A stretch of 63,712 nucleotides of DNA, the filler included, from Lama guanicoe (lineage: Eukaryota): NCBI GenBank assembly GCA_013239625.1. It is 204 parts of 204 records of this genome, joined end to end, with 100 filler letters (N's around TTAATTAATTAA, not from the genome) between each part and the next. Parts side by side here need not be neighbours in the genome. Positions count along the whole stretch, not along the records: positions 1 to 212 come from PNXV01037053.1; positions 313 to 524 come from PNXV01037054.1; positions 625 to 836 come from PNXV01037055.1; positions 937 to 1,148 come from PNXV01037056.1; positions 1,249 to 1,460 come from PNXV01037057.1; positions 1,561 to 1,772 come from PNXV01037058.1; positions 1,873 to 2,084 come from PNXV01037059.1; positions 2,185 to 2,396 come from PNXV01037060.1; 196 more parts are not named here. One strand, given 5' to 3'. This document shows, piece by piece, positions 1 through 11,898 of the stretch. Numbering within the stretch: position 1 is the stretch's first letter; each line of letters starts with the position of its first letter. The translations under genes were made by a program, and so were the position numbers. The notes under the pieces were generated by a model. That model made no database searches. It was given only the letters and a program-made list of their open reading frames with translations, and was not told the DNA's origin.

Positions 1-212
1 TCTTTTAGACTAAAAAGAAAAGAACAGTGGTTTAATCCTAAAATCAAATCTAGCCAAGTGAAGGCTAAATGCCAAATAATAGCTTCATAAGGGTTTGAAT
101 GTTCCTAGTCCAAAACAATGGAGGATCCATTTCTAAGAAAATTTAGTGATACCTTTAACAGCCCAATGATGTGCTTCATTGAATTTTTCCTTATCATCTG
201 AAGAGCTGAAAC

Positions 213-312
213 NNNNNNNNNNNNNNNNNNNNNNNNNNNNNNNNNNNNNNNNNNNNTTAATTAATTAANNNNNNNNNNNNNNNNNNNNNNNNNNNNNNNN
301 NNNNNNNNNNNN
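213..312. other. Artificial assembly linker (44 N + TTAATTAATTAA + 44 N); first of ~203 identical copies spaced every 312-313 nt
   Basis: Invariant 100-nt block with the 12-mer at 257-268. The 12-mer is its own reverse complement and gives TAA in all six frames. Flanking sequences are unrelated. Confidence 0.99.
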
Positions 313-936
313 TTTGTAACATACAAATGTCAATCACCTTTTAGCCCATTGCTAGAAAGAACCACTGTTGACTACTTAATGTGTAATCTTTAATACACAT
401 GCCTGCACTTAGCTATTTCTACGATATCTCGGTTGGCTGAGTAATGCTTCAGAGTAAGAATGTACTTTCTGATTCCATTTGGAAGATTTCTCTCTCTTGT
501 CTATGCATTCGGGCATATTTTAATNNNNNNNNNNNNNNNNNNNNNNNNNNNNNNNNNNNNNNNNNNNNTTAATTAATTAANNNNNNNNNNNNNNNNNNNN
601 NNNNNNNNNNNNNNNNNNNNNNNNTGTTAGTGTGTTTCCCTCTGGCCAGAGTTAATATTCTGAAAGAAATTGAAGGTTCTTGCAAACAGGGTTTTTCTGT
701 GAGTGGGGAAGGAAAAGAACTTACGAGGAAAGGAGAGTTGGTGAAGAGGTCCTTCCCAGGATGTGGCCTCAGTGGCCCTGCTCGTCTTGGGGGAGGTCTG
801 ATTTGGGGCTAGGACACTGGGCAGAGAGAGAGAAGGNNNNNNNNNNNNNNNNNNNNNNNNNNNNNNNNNNNNNNNNNNNNTTAATTAATTAANNNNNNNN
901 NNNNNNNNNNNNNNNNNNNNNNNNNNNNNNNNNNNN

Positions 937-1148
937 TTTTTGTTTTTGGAGTAGAGAAAGTTTTTACTGCAGGGCCAAACAAGGAAAACAGTGGCTCGTG
1001 CCCAAAAATCCTGAACTCTTTGATGGTTTTTGAGGTGATTTTTTTCTTTTTTTTTATTAGGGTAAAGTTTTTAATTGGCAAAATGAGGCTTGACGGCTTC
1101 CAGGTGTGTGACTTTCTTCTGACTAGTTGGTGGTAGGTAATAGGGCCG
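937..1148 (-). mobile_element. ERV LTR-like fragment ending in an A-rich tail
   Basis: The reverse complement aligns with 2497-2686 (agtcacacacctggaagcc...aaaactttctctactc) and has AGTAAA where the other copy has AATAAA, followed by caaaaacaaaaa. Confidence 0.65.
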
Positions 1149-1872
1149 NNNNNNNNNNNNNNNNNNNNNNNNNNNNNNNNNNNNNNNNNNNNTTAATTAA
1201 TTAANNNNNNNNNNNNNNNNNNNNNNNNNNNNNNNNNNNNNNNNNNNNAAAGGAACTCCAAGCGAGAACACAGAAATGTTTCAAAATATCATTGTTACGT
1301 TTTAAAAAGTATTTCTTCATTTGACTGTCTTTTATGAATGGATTACTACATTCTGTTGATTCTTATTTTGTGGTTGGCTTTAATCGTTTGGTAATTATGT
1401 AAGTTTAAAATGCTAAAGCTCTAAACTGTTTTAGAAACAATGAAAATACAAATATATACANNNNNNNNNNNNNNNNNNNNNNNNNNNNNNNNNNNNNNNN
1501 NNNNTTAATTAATTAANNNNNNNNNNNNNNNNNNNNNNNNNNNNNNNNNNNNNNNNNNNNTATCAAAATCTTTATAACTCATTTCTGCTTTTCCAGTGAC
1601 TCCCAACCATAAAGTAGAGCAACGTCTAACACGATGCTAAATGACAAACTACAAACAGAAATTAATAATCAACCATACTGATATCTGAGCTCAGACCAAA
1701 TATCTGAAGAGCCAAATTGGGCCAAAGATTTTAAGCTTTCATCAAGCTTTATGGAAAGAGGTGGAAGAGCCANNNNNNNNNNNNNNNNNNNNNNNNNNNN
1801 NNNNNNNNNNNNNNNNTTAATTAATTAANNNNNNNNNNNNNNNNNNNNNNNNNNNNNNNNNNNNNNNNNNNN

Positions 1873-2084
1873 AGTATCTGCAAATCTCAAACTCCCAGTT
1901 TATCCCTTCCCACCTCCTTTCCCCTCTGGTAACCATAGGTTTGTTCTTTACGTCTGTGAGTCTGTTTCTGTTTTGTAAGTAAGTTCACATGTGCCTTTTT
2001 TCTTTTTAGGTGCCACGTTTAAGCAATATCATATGGTATTTGTCTTTCTCTAACTTACTTCACTTAGAATGATGATCTCCAGGT
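1873..2084 (-). mobile_element. LINE-1 3' end/3' UTR fragment
   Basis: Typical motifs ggtaaccatag..tgtgagtctgtttctgttttgtaa..atcatatggtatttgtctttctc..acttacttcacttag; homologous to 42217, 43469 and 59745 in this window. Confidence 0.9.
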
Positions 2085-2496
2085 NNNNNNNNNNNNNNNN
2101 NNNNNNNNNNNNNNNNNNNNNNNNNNNNTTAATTAATTAANNNNNNNNNNNNNNNNNNNNNNNNNNNNNNNNNNNNNNNNNNNNATTAGGAAAGTACAAT
2201 ACGTACATATATATGGGGAGATACTTGCACCAATTCAGTTTCACAGTTAAAACTGCATGAATTTGAAACCGACCCTGTGAAAGACACTGAGAAATAAGAC
2301 AAAATATATCACTTTCAACACACTCCCTTGGTGCTAATGAAAGAAAGTCTATCCAAATGCTAATATCTGAGAGATAATTGTGTGTGAATGCATTCCNNNN
2401 NNNNNNNNNNNNNNNNNNNNNNNNNNNNNNNNNNNNNNNNTTAATTAATTAANNNNNNNNNNNNNNNNNNNNNNNNNNNNNNNNNNNNNNNNNNNN

Positions 2497-2686
2497 AGTC
2501 ACACACCTGGAAGCCCTCAAGCCTCATTTTGCCTATTAAAAACTTCACCCTAGTTTAAAAAAAAAAAAGAAAGAAAAAATATTCACCCCAAAAACCATCA
2601 GAAATTTCAGGGTTTTTGAGCACTAGCCACTTTTCTCTTTGCTTGGCCCCGCAATAAAAACTTTCTCTACTCAAAAAAAAAAAAAA
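2497..2686 (+). mobile_element. ERV LTR-like fragment with poly(A) signal and poly(A) tail
   Basis: AATAAA at 2653-2658, A14 at 2673-2686, then unrelated flank; homologous to 937-1148. Confidence 0.65.
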
Positions 2687-3120
2687 GCTGAGTGCATGAG
2701 GCTGTGACNNNNNNNNNNNNNNNNNNNNNNNNNNNNNNNNNNNNNNNNNNNNTTAATTAATTAANNNNNNNNNNNNNNNNNNNNNNNNNNNNNNNNNNNN
2801 NNNNNNNNGGTCCAGGGAGTATTTGCCAAATGAGCAGGTGATGACTTGCAGCCGTGACGCTCCCGTCAGCTGCCAGCACCTGCTGCTGCCACTCTCGGAA
2901 CCTACCTCCGTGTGGCCTGGAGGCCCGCACTGTCCCCGCTGGGCCTCCGTGTTCTCACTTGTAAAACGGCGGTGTCAGCCTAGACTCTCCAGGCCTCCAT
3001 CCAGCGTGCAGGTCTGTGACNNNNNNNNNNNNNNNNNNNNNNNNNNNNNNNNNNNNNNNNNNNNTTAATTAATTAANNNNNNNNNNNNNNNNNNNNNNNN
3101 NNNNNNNNNNNNNNNNNNNN

Positions 3121-3332
3121 CAGGAGTGAGGTCATATTACGCCTAGACTAAAGGCTGTTCTGGGCTCATCCTAAAAAGCCTGAAAGTAACCTTCAAAAGG
3201 TTGAAATGAATCCAAGTAACTTAACTGCATCTCAGAAGAAAAACCCCCAATACTTAAAAGAAAATAAAAGCTAGTAAGTAGCAACAAACAAAGCAACTAA
3301 AATAAAACTGGTACCCAACAGCATCAAATTCA
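3121..3332 (+). mobile_element. Old L1M 5' region fragment
   Basis: ctagactaaaggctg..ccaagtaacttaactgc resembles recalled L1M 5' consensus. Confidence 0.5.
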
Positions 3333-4442
3333 NNNNNNNNNNNNNNNNNNNNNNNNNNNNNNNNNNNNNNNNNNNNTTAATTAATTAANNNNNNNNNNNN
3401 NNNNNNNNNNNNNNNNNNNNNNNNNNNNNNNNCTCTCCGTGGACAGAGCTGGGAAAGAAACACACATTCTAGCCTGCACATCCACACAAGTCGCTCTCCC
3501 AGTGTCTGTCTGTCTGTATGGATTTTAAAAGAACCGTGAGTTCATGCCGGTCTCTCCGACCGTAATCCAGAACCACAGGTTTGTTCCATTTTCCATTTCT
3601 CACTTGTAACTTCTCTCTTTCTCTAACAAGGAGAAACCTATCTTNNNNNNNNNNNNNNNNNNNNNNNNNNNNNNNNNNNNNNNNNNNNTTAATTAATTAA
3701 NNNNNNNNNNNNNNNNNNNNNNNNNNNNNNNNNNNNNNNNNNNNTATTTCTTCTCAAAACCTGCAGCCTGTGTTGCTGCCAGCTGTTTTTTTTTATCTCT
3801 TACATAAAATTGACTTCTAACAGAGTGAAGAATTCTGAATGTAGATAAGAGATCTACCAATAAGCTGATGACAGGCAGACACACTACTGTCTTCCACTGG
3901 GGGCCAAGAGAAATGAGTCGTGGACTCAGGTCGTGGGGCAGCAGCTCCACCACCACNNNNNNNNNNNNNNNNNNNNNNNNNNNNNNNNNNNNNNNNNNNN
4001 TTAATTAATTAANNNNNNNNNNNNNNNNNNNNNNNNNNNNNNNNNNNNNNNNNNNNAGAACAACATAGCTGAAGAGATTCCAGAAAGAAATCCTCGAAAA
4101 AATATTTCATACACAGTGATTAAGACTCAGATATTTACAGCACAGATAATCACGAATTCATTTAGAATGACTGTATTCAATGAAAACAGAAAGCTAGCAG
4201 CAAATTAAAGTGGTTTGCTTATAAATCGGTCTAATTTTTGACCCCCTCTATACTACCTTGAACTTGTGNNNNNNNNNNNNNNNNNNNNNNNNNNNNNNNN
4301 NNNNNNNNNNNNTTAATTAATTAANNNNNNNNNNNNNNNNNNNNNNNNNNNNNNNNNNNNNNNNNNNNAGAAAGGTGAGCCGCCTTTCTCCTTAGTTTTG
4401 TCCCACGGTGAGTGTCTTCTATAGAGGTTAAACCCAAGCATT

Positions 4443-4580
4443 CCAAATCAAAACTAAAATGAGGTGTCACCTCACACCAGTCAGACTCGTCATCACTAAA
4501 AAGGTCTACAAACAATAAATGCTGGAGAAGTTGTGGAGAAAAGGGAGCCCTCCTACACTGCTGGTGGGAATGCAAATTGG
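4443..4580 (+). mobile_element. LINE-1 ORF2 3' fragment with 5' junction near 4443
   Basis: caaatcaaaactaaaatgag..cacctcacaccagtcaga..aataaatgctggaga..gtggagaaaaggga..ctcctacactgctggtgggaatgcaaattgg. Confidence 0.9.
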
Positions 4581-4747
4581 NNNNNNNNNNNNNNNNNNNN
4601 NNNNNNNNNNNNNNNNNNNNNNNNTTAATTAATTAANNNNNNNNNNNNNNNNNNNNNNNNNNNNNNNNNNNNNNNNNNNNCAAAAGTAGAATTAAACCGA
4701 CATGGGCATTTAATGCAAACTTCAATGTACTGTATTGTTTTTTCTAC

Positions 4748-4892
4748 TCTGGTATAACACACAGTACTACAAAGCAGCTGGTTTAAGACAACAGAAATTT
4801 ATGGCCACACAGTTCTTGAGACTGGAAGTCCAAAATTAAGGTATTCCAGGACCTGTGAAACCTGTATGAGAGAACACATTCTTGCAACTTTG
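4748..4892 (-). mobile_element. MaLR LTR (MLT1-type) fragment
   Basis: tttaagacaacagaaatttat..cacagttct..ctggaagtccaaaattaaggt, a hallmark of MLT1/MST. Confidence 0.75.
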
Positions 4893-4992
4893 NNNNNNNN
4901 NNNNNNNNNNNNNNNNNNNNNNNNNNNNNNNNNNNNTTAATTAATTAANNNNNNNNNNNNNNNNNNNNNNNNNNNNNNNNNNNNNNNNNNNN

Positions 4993-5204
4993 TGACTATC
5001 AACAGGGCCTGATCCCTGTTAACACTTCTGAGGGGCACGTCTACAGAATCTTCGCCTGATCTAGGAATGAGCCTTCCTAGCACCGCAGGACAAAATTGGT
5101 CATGAAATGTCTCCCAAGATATTGGTCTAATTTAGGACCAAGGGTGGGCACTGTGAACAAAAAATACTGCAAACCATGTCAGTAAACAAAGAATGCTGAA
5201 GCCA
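4993..5204 (+). mobile_element. Probable ERV internal/3' LTR junction
   Basis: Purine-rich aagggtggg followed by TGTGAAC at 5152, consistent with a polypurine tract and LTR start; family not identified. Confidence 0.35.
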
Positions 5205-6552
5205 NNNNNNNNNNNNNNNNNNNNNNNNNNNNNNNNNNNNNNNNNNNNTTAATTAATTAANNNNNNNNNNNNNNNNNNNNNNNNNNNNNNNNNNNNNNNN
5301 NNNNCAGCTCTTTCATCAAGCTTTATCCCCAAATCAGCAACATTTCCAACATACAGGGAGAAGGTGAAGCTCTAGACTGAATATCACTGGTTATACAGGG
5401 ATTTTTAAAAGGGTGGGCCTCTTCTAAAAACACTAGTCTTTGCACTTTTAGCTGAGTAAAATGGCTGAGATTAAAATCAGACATTTAAACCAGTCAATAA
5501 ACATTACAGTGCTTATNNNNNNNNNNNNNNNNNNNNNNNNNNNNNNNNNNNNNNNNNNNNTTAATTAATTAANNNNNNNNNNNNNNNNNNNNNNNNNNNN
5601 NNNNNNNNNNNNNNNNAAGGTGCAAGTTAACTAAAAGTAGCAGGATCGCTGGGCAGTGTGTGACTTTCTTCAGCAACACTTAGATGCCTGGGGGGATTTA
5701 AGGGGGAAGAGTGATAGTCTGTTGTGCAGCTGGGAGTTTTGCCATGTAAGCACACTGAAAAGACAGAAAAAAAGGATCGAAGTAGGAGTTATTAAAAATT
5801 TAGCTCCTGGAAATTGTTGAGAAGGAGANNNNNNNNNNNNNNNNNNNNNNNNNNNNNNNNNNNNNNNNNNNNTTAATTAATTAANNNNNNNNNNNNNNNN
5901 NNNNNNNNNNNNNNNNNNNNNNNNNNNNGTATTGGAAACAAACATGACACAGGACCTTTCCTGAGTGACATCCCAGGCAATCAATTTCTGCGGTTTGATT
6001 CTACAGGTGGTGTCTTTGGACCTCTCAAGCAAATTGTAAATAACTCCAGCACCATCCTTTTGGGCACAGATGTCTGCTAAATCACCAAACATTCCGTTTG
6101 GCTCAGAAGTCACTCTTGTACAACTTAAGGATATTGCAGANNNNNNNNNNNNNNNNNNNNNNNNNNNNNNNNNNNNNNNNNNNNTTAATTAATTAANNNN
6201 NNNNNNNNNNNNNNNNNNNNNNNNNNNNNNNNNNNNNNNNCAGTAATCTGAACAATGTTCAGGCACAGAAAAGGTGTCAGCGGTTCCTGTGGGAGCCCTC
6301 TGCCACTCTCGCCCCGTGCATACGGACAGAAGGCTTACTGCATCTGAACCTCCCTTTAATTCCGGCAGGAAAAACCATCCTCCAACTCTTAACTGTATGT
6401 GTGGAAACACCATCTGCCCTCCAACTCCTTTTATTTGGAAAAACAAATGGCANNNNNNNNNNNNNNNNNNNNNNNNNNNNNNNNNNNNNNNNNNNNTTAA
6501 TTAATTAANNNNNNNNNNNNNNNNNNNNNNNNNNNNNNNNNNNNNNNNNNNN

Positions 6553-6764
6553 ATTTGTATCTCTCTGTCTGAGTTAGTTCACTAAGCATAATATTCTCTA
6601 GCTCCATCTACATTGCCACAAATGGCAGAATTTCATTCTTATTTATGGTTGAGTAGTAGCCCATTGTGTGTGTGCGTGTGTGTGCGTGTGTGTGCGCACG
6701 TGCATGCGAGCATGGGTATATATCTTTATCGATTCATCTGTTGATGGGCACTTAGGGTGTTTCC
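6553..6764 (-). mobile_element. LINE-1 3' fragment containing a (TG)n/TGCG microsatellite at ~6665-6696
   Basis: ttcactaagcataatattctctagctccatc..aaatggcagaatttcattctt..attcatctgttgatgggcacttagg. Confidence 0.9.
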
Positions 6765-7488
6765 NNNNNNNNNNNNNNNNNNNNNNNNNNNNNNNNNNNN
6801 NNNNNNNNTTAATTAATTAANNNNNNNNNNNNNNNNNNNNNNNNNNNNNNNNNNNNNNNNNNNNGTATTCCTTCCTGACTGAAGCATCTTTTTGTAAATG
6901 TTCACAGCTCAACTCTTCTGCTGTTCCATGGGGTCTTACCTCTGAGATGATGATCTTTGTAGCATATTGTGCAGAGCAGAGGGCATCCAGCTGGGATGCG
7001 GGAGACCTGGGTGCCAGCATTTTTAGTCTGATTCTGTTAATAACTAACTCAGTGTCCTTCCAGTTTTAACATTCTGNNNNNNNNNNNNNNNNNNNNNNNN
7101 NNNNNNNNNNNNNNNNNNNNTTAATTAATTAANNNNNNNNNNNNNNNNNNNNNNNNNNNNNNNNNNNNNNNNNNNNTTTTCTTTCAGTAACCATGGAATA
7201 CTCAATTAACCAGCATTATCTTCCCACATCTCTGACTATGATTGCTCACCGCTCAATCATTTTTAAACACATCTGAAATAGACATTGCAAATTGCTTTAA
7301 ATAAATCAACATGTATGTGCATTTATATTTGTATTTATTGGGCATTCAGCAGAAATTTATGGAATAAATGAGGCTAATCTATAATCATNNNNNNNNNNNN
7401 NNNNNNNNNNNNNNNNNNNNNNNNNNNNNNNNTTAATTAATTAANNNNNNNNNNNNNNNNNNNNNNNNNNNNNNNNNNNNNNNNNNNN

Positions 7489-7700
7489 ACAGGGTTTGGC
7501 TATGCATCAAATTCTGGGTTGCTGGTTATTTTCCGTTTCCGTCAAGCATTTGCTGTCATTGATGAAATCCTTATACTGAGCTTTTGATCTCTCTACTCTG
7601 TGGATAGCGTGGACCTTGCAACTGTCAACATTGTCAAATATTTCTCTACATACTTTCTCCCCTCTGAATATCCACAGGTTTGAATTTCCCTGCTGTTTTC
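7489..7700. repeat. Near-identical contig pair A, copy 1 (partner 8113-8324)
   Basis: Same ends, 5 substitutions, first 49 and last 49 nt identical. Confidence 0.97.
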
Positions 7701-8112
7701 NNNNNNNNNNNNNNNNNNNNNNNNNNNNNNNNNNNNNNNNNNNNTTAATTAATTAANNNNNNNNNNNNNNNNNNNNNNNNNNNNNNNNNNNNNNNNNNNN
7801 CACGGCTGCAGGTAGATGGTTCCAGGGAGGAAGGAAGGGTGGTGTTTGTCCTGCAGCCTGCCGCAGGAGAGGCAGGCCCAGAGGCCCAAGTTCTCTGGAG
7901 GTTGGTTTCTAGGAGCTGGAACAATCCCCGAAGAGGCCAGCTGCCTGCTGCATGAGGAGACCATCTCCAGTGAGTCCCCAAGACAGAGTGCTGTGACAAG
8001 AGCCAGCACAGANNNNNNNNNNNNNNNNNNNNNNNNNNNNNNNNNNNNNNNNNNNNTTAATTAATTAANNNNNNNNNNNNNNNNNNNNNNNNNNNNNNNN
8101 NNNNNNNNNNNN

Positions 8113-8324
8113 ACAGGGTTTGGCTATGCATCAAATTCTGGGTTGCTGGTTATTTTCCGTTGCCGTCAAGCATTTGCTGTCATTGATGAAATCCTCATAC
8201 TGAGCTTTTGATCTCTCTACTCTGTGGATAGTGTGGACCTTGCAACTGTCAACATTGTCAAATATTTCTCTATACACTTTCTCCCCTCTGAATATCCACA
8301 GGTTTGAATTTCCCTGCTGTTTTC
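8113..8324. repeat. Near-identical contig pair A, copy 2
   Basis: Direct alignment to 7489-7700. Confidence 0.97.
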
Positions 8325-8903
8325 NNNNNNNNNNNNNNNNNNNNNNNNNNNNNNNNNNNNNNNNNNNNTTAATTAATTAANNNNNNNNNNNNNNNNNNNN
8401 NNNNNNNNNNNNNNNNNNNNNNNNTTGTTATCTTGGATGACTATTACATTTTTCACTTTTTTGTATTTTGTTGAGATGGTCATATCCTTTCTCTTCTCTT
8501 ATACTTCTAATATGATGAATTATATTAACTCATTTCCTAAAGCTTCCCCCAGTACTTGTAAACAGAGTTGTTATTTATGGACGGGAATCTGGTTTGTTTG
8601 TTTCCTCCTCCTCCTCGCCCCTCCCCCCCCTCCCCCNNNNNNNNNNNNNNNNNNNNNNNNNNNNNNNNNNNNNNNNNNNNTTAATTAATTAANNNNNNNN
8701 NNNNNNNNNNNNNNNNNNNNNNNNNNNNNNNNNNNNGTAGAGAGGAGGTTGTACTGATCCATTTCACTGATGCTCCTGATTCCCACAGCCATGCGTTCGC
8801 TGCCCTGTGCGGCAGCCTCGTTTGCCACCACCCTCTGTCCTCGTGACCCTTGGCATGGGCTGCCGCGTCAGTACCAGGCTCAACGTTAATTTGAAACCGT
8901 TCA

Positions 8904-8948
8904 TCCAGGATCAGCAAACTATGGCCCACGGGCCAGATCCAGCCCACC
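8904..8948 (+). mobile_element. hAT-Charlie (MER58-like) terminal fragment
   Basis: caggatcagcaaactatggcccacgggccagatccagcccacc matches the recalled MER58-type left end. Confidence 0.65.
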
Positions 8949-9360
8949 NNNNNNNNNNNNNNNNNNNNNNNNNNNNNNNNNNNNNNNNNNNNTTAATTAA
9001 TTAANNNNNNNNNNNNNNNNNNNNNNNNNNNNNNNNNNNNNNNNNNNNAGGTCGTTGTCTTTCTCACCGGTGGCACGGCAGCCTCGGCTATCGAGGTGGC
9101 CGTGGTGAAAGGAGGACAGTGGGAGACGGAGGGCAGGGGGTCGGGTGAAGATGGTGTAAGACTTGGGGGGCATTATATGTGGTATCTGTGTCCTTGAGGC
9201 CTTCAAATTGCCGACAGAGAAGAGACTCTGGAGTGGACATTGGGGCCCCGGGCGGGGGGGNNNNNNNNNNNNNNNNNNNNNNNNNNNNNNNNNNNNNNNN
9301 NNNNTTAATTAATTAANNNNNNNNNNNNNNNNNNNNNNNNNNNNNNNNNNNNNNNNNNNN

Positions 9361-9572
9361 CCGAGTTGGAGCTTGTACCTCCGCATATATATGTATGAAG
9401 TGGAGTTTGAAGAGAAACTTTGTGTTCCCAACAAGCTAGGTGAATCACGGCTTTTACACACGCTTAGCTCTTAAAACTTACCATTTGGAGAGACGTTCAT
9501 TCATCTAGCACAAAGGGAACAGTTTGCAGGAGTCACAGTTACTCAGTTTTCTCAGTCTGTTTCCTTGTGCCG
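9361..9572 (+). repeat. Satellite DNA monomer fragment 1
   Basis: Homologous to 45347-45559 (reverse) and 60058-60269 (circularly permuted). Confidence 0.85.
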
Positions 9573-9731
9573 NNNNNNNNNNNNNNNNNNNNNNNNNNNN
9601 NNNNNNNNNNNNNNNNTTAATTAATTAANNNNNNNNNNNNNNNNNNNNNNNNNNNNNNNNNNNNNNNNNNNNCTACTCCCCACCCAGCAGAATTCCCATT
9701 CTGACCCATTCTTGGCCTGTGGCTCCAGAGG

Positions 9732-9836
9732 CCAGCACTACCGTGCACCAGGCCCCCTGGCAGGTAGGCCCCTTGCAATGTGGGTTCTCACACGTGCAGG
9801 TCACCGGTGGGCCCCGAGAGAGCTTCACGGGGTCTC
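9732..9836 (-). CDS. ACVRL1: Partial ACVRL1 (ALK1) ectodomain exon, truncated mid-exon (possible rearranged allele or pseudogene copy)
   Basis: Acceptor tgtgtctcccAG (9837-9838), then [35 protein letters not shown] versus recalled human ALK1 G21-L55 [35 protein letters not shown]. Homology stops at 9732. Confidence 0.9.
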
Positions 9837-10659
9837 CTGGGAGACACACTGGAAGCTCAGCCACTCTGGGCCCAGGTCCCCAGGNNNNNNNNNNNNNNNN
9901 NNNNNNNNNNNNNNNNNNNNNNNNNNNNTTAATTAATTAANNNNNNNNNNNNNNNNNNNNNNNNNNNNNNNNNNNNNNNNNNNNAACCATTTCATGTGTT
10001 CTCTCTGCCTCCAAAATGAGATTCGGTCTTGTGGTCACAGGCACACGAGGCTGGGAGGCTCCGTGGTCCTGGTACCCCGCGGAGCGACCCTTCCCAGTTA
10101 CATCATCTCATCACTGCTGGGCGGAGGAAGGCGCCTGCTCAAACCCTTCATCCAAGGAGAAACACACAGGACCAAAGGCTGTTTTCCTATGTCGTTTNNN
10201 NNNNNNNNNNNNNNNNNNNNNNNNNNNNNNNNNNNNNNNNNTTAATTAATTAANNNNNNNNNNNNNNNNNNNNNNNNNNNNNNNNNNNNNNNNNNNNAAG
10301 GCTCTTCCTGTTGAAAAGCTTCACCCCAGTGTATTCATCCATCTTCCTATTAACTCTGATGTGAGGGCAGGTGTCCCATGCATCTGAAATAAGAATCAAG
10401 TTGCCTCCTATGTACAAGCTAAAATGAAGTAGGACTCAGAAAGCCCTGACTTACTCTGTTTAAAAAAAATGGAATTTTATCTGGCTTAAGATCATTCCTA
10501 GCCATTCTGANNNNNNNNNNNNNNNNNNNNNNNNNNNNNNNNNNNNNNNNNNNNTTAATTAATTAANNNNNNNNNNNNNNNNNNNNNNNNNNNNNNNNNN
10601 NNNNNNNNNNTACTGACAGCTATGGTGATGGTGCTTTTAGAAACATGATTTCATTCGTG

Positions 10660-10822
10660 TTCTCAGTAAACTTATGAAACGGGTATCGCAACCCCATTTT
10701 ACAGATGAGGAAACTGAGGACCAGAGAGATTAAGGAACCAGCCTGAAACGCAGACTGAAGTCAATGGCAGAATTGGGATCAAAGCCCAGGTCTGGCTGCT
10801 GCTAAGGTCCAGGCTCTCAGCC
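10660..10822 (-). mobile_element. MIR SINE
   Basis: Core ccccattttacagatgaggaaactgagg..agagagattaag..ggcagaattgggatcaaagcccaggtct. Confidence 0.9.
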
Positions 10823-11898
10823 NNNNNNNNNNNNNNNNNNNNNNNNNNNNNNNNNNNNNNNNNNNNTTAATTAATTAANNNNNNNNNNNNNNNNNNNNNN
10901 NNNNNNNNNNNNNNNNNNNNNNAAAAATACTGCTGAAAAGTGTAAAAGTGAAGCCGGATTATGAGCAGCCTGAAATGCAAGGATGAGAAGTTCGGTTTGA
11001 GACCAACATTTGAATGTTCTTACTCAGAGTTGTTTGTTTACAGACCTCAGAAAGAAATAGAGGAGGGAAAGGTTATGGCTCAACCAAGAAGATGTCAATT
11101 TGCCCTGTGGTTACTTGCAATTTGGAGAAATTCCANNNNNNNNNNNNNNNNNNNNNNNNNNNNNNNNNNNNNNNNNNNNTTAATTAATTAANNNNNNNNN
11201 NNNNNNNNNNNNNNNNNNNNNNNNNNNNNNNNNNNTAACTCCTCTAGGCATAACCCCGGTCATTGCATCCCTCTCGTGTCTTAAGAGTCTCCCGTCGAAG
11301 TCTAACTAGGCCACTGTGGGTACTCAGATGATCCCTGGATGAGCAAGTTTTTAAATTAACGAGTTTCCCTATGGGACCACTACACAGTGTGAGGACTCTT
11401 GCCTTCATCACTTCTGTAAATTTCTCAGTTGCCTGAGAGAGCCATAACNNNNNNNNNNNNNNNNNNNNNNNNNNNNNNNNNNNNNNNNNNNNTTAATTAA
11501 TTAANNNNNNNNNNNNNNNNNNNNNNNNNNNNNNNNNNNNNNNNNNNNCTAACACAGAGTCCTCATCGCAAAGAGAATACTGTTCCTAAAAAAGAATCTT
11601 GCAGTATGACTCAGGCTTGCTTCAGAAAACCTTTCAAACAACAGCAGGAATTTACTTAATCTTTGTTTAACTGAATTATTGAATGACAGTACAAACCTTC
11701 TTGGAAGCACTATTCTCTCCAATGATAACTTCAGAAATTTTGTTGCTAAAGTAAATTATTANNNNNNNNNNNNNNNNNNNNNNNNNNNNNNNNNNNNNNN
11801 NNNNNTTAATTAATTAANNNNNNNNNNNNNNNNNNNNNNNNNNNNNNNNNNNNNNNNNNNNGTCAAAATTCTGTACCTCTGTTTCAGGTGGGCAACTT

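Noticed and set aside
5929..6140. 70-codon open minus frame (…FGDLADICAQKDGAGVIYNLLE…)
   Set aside because: No recognisable family or splice sites. Among ~204 contigs x 6 frames, many such open frames are expected by chance. BLASTX would settle it.
9049..9260. Proline-rich minus-strand frames, possibly retroviral gag
   Set aside because: No diagnostic gag motif (major homology region or zinc knuckle) is visible.
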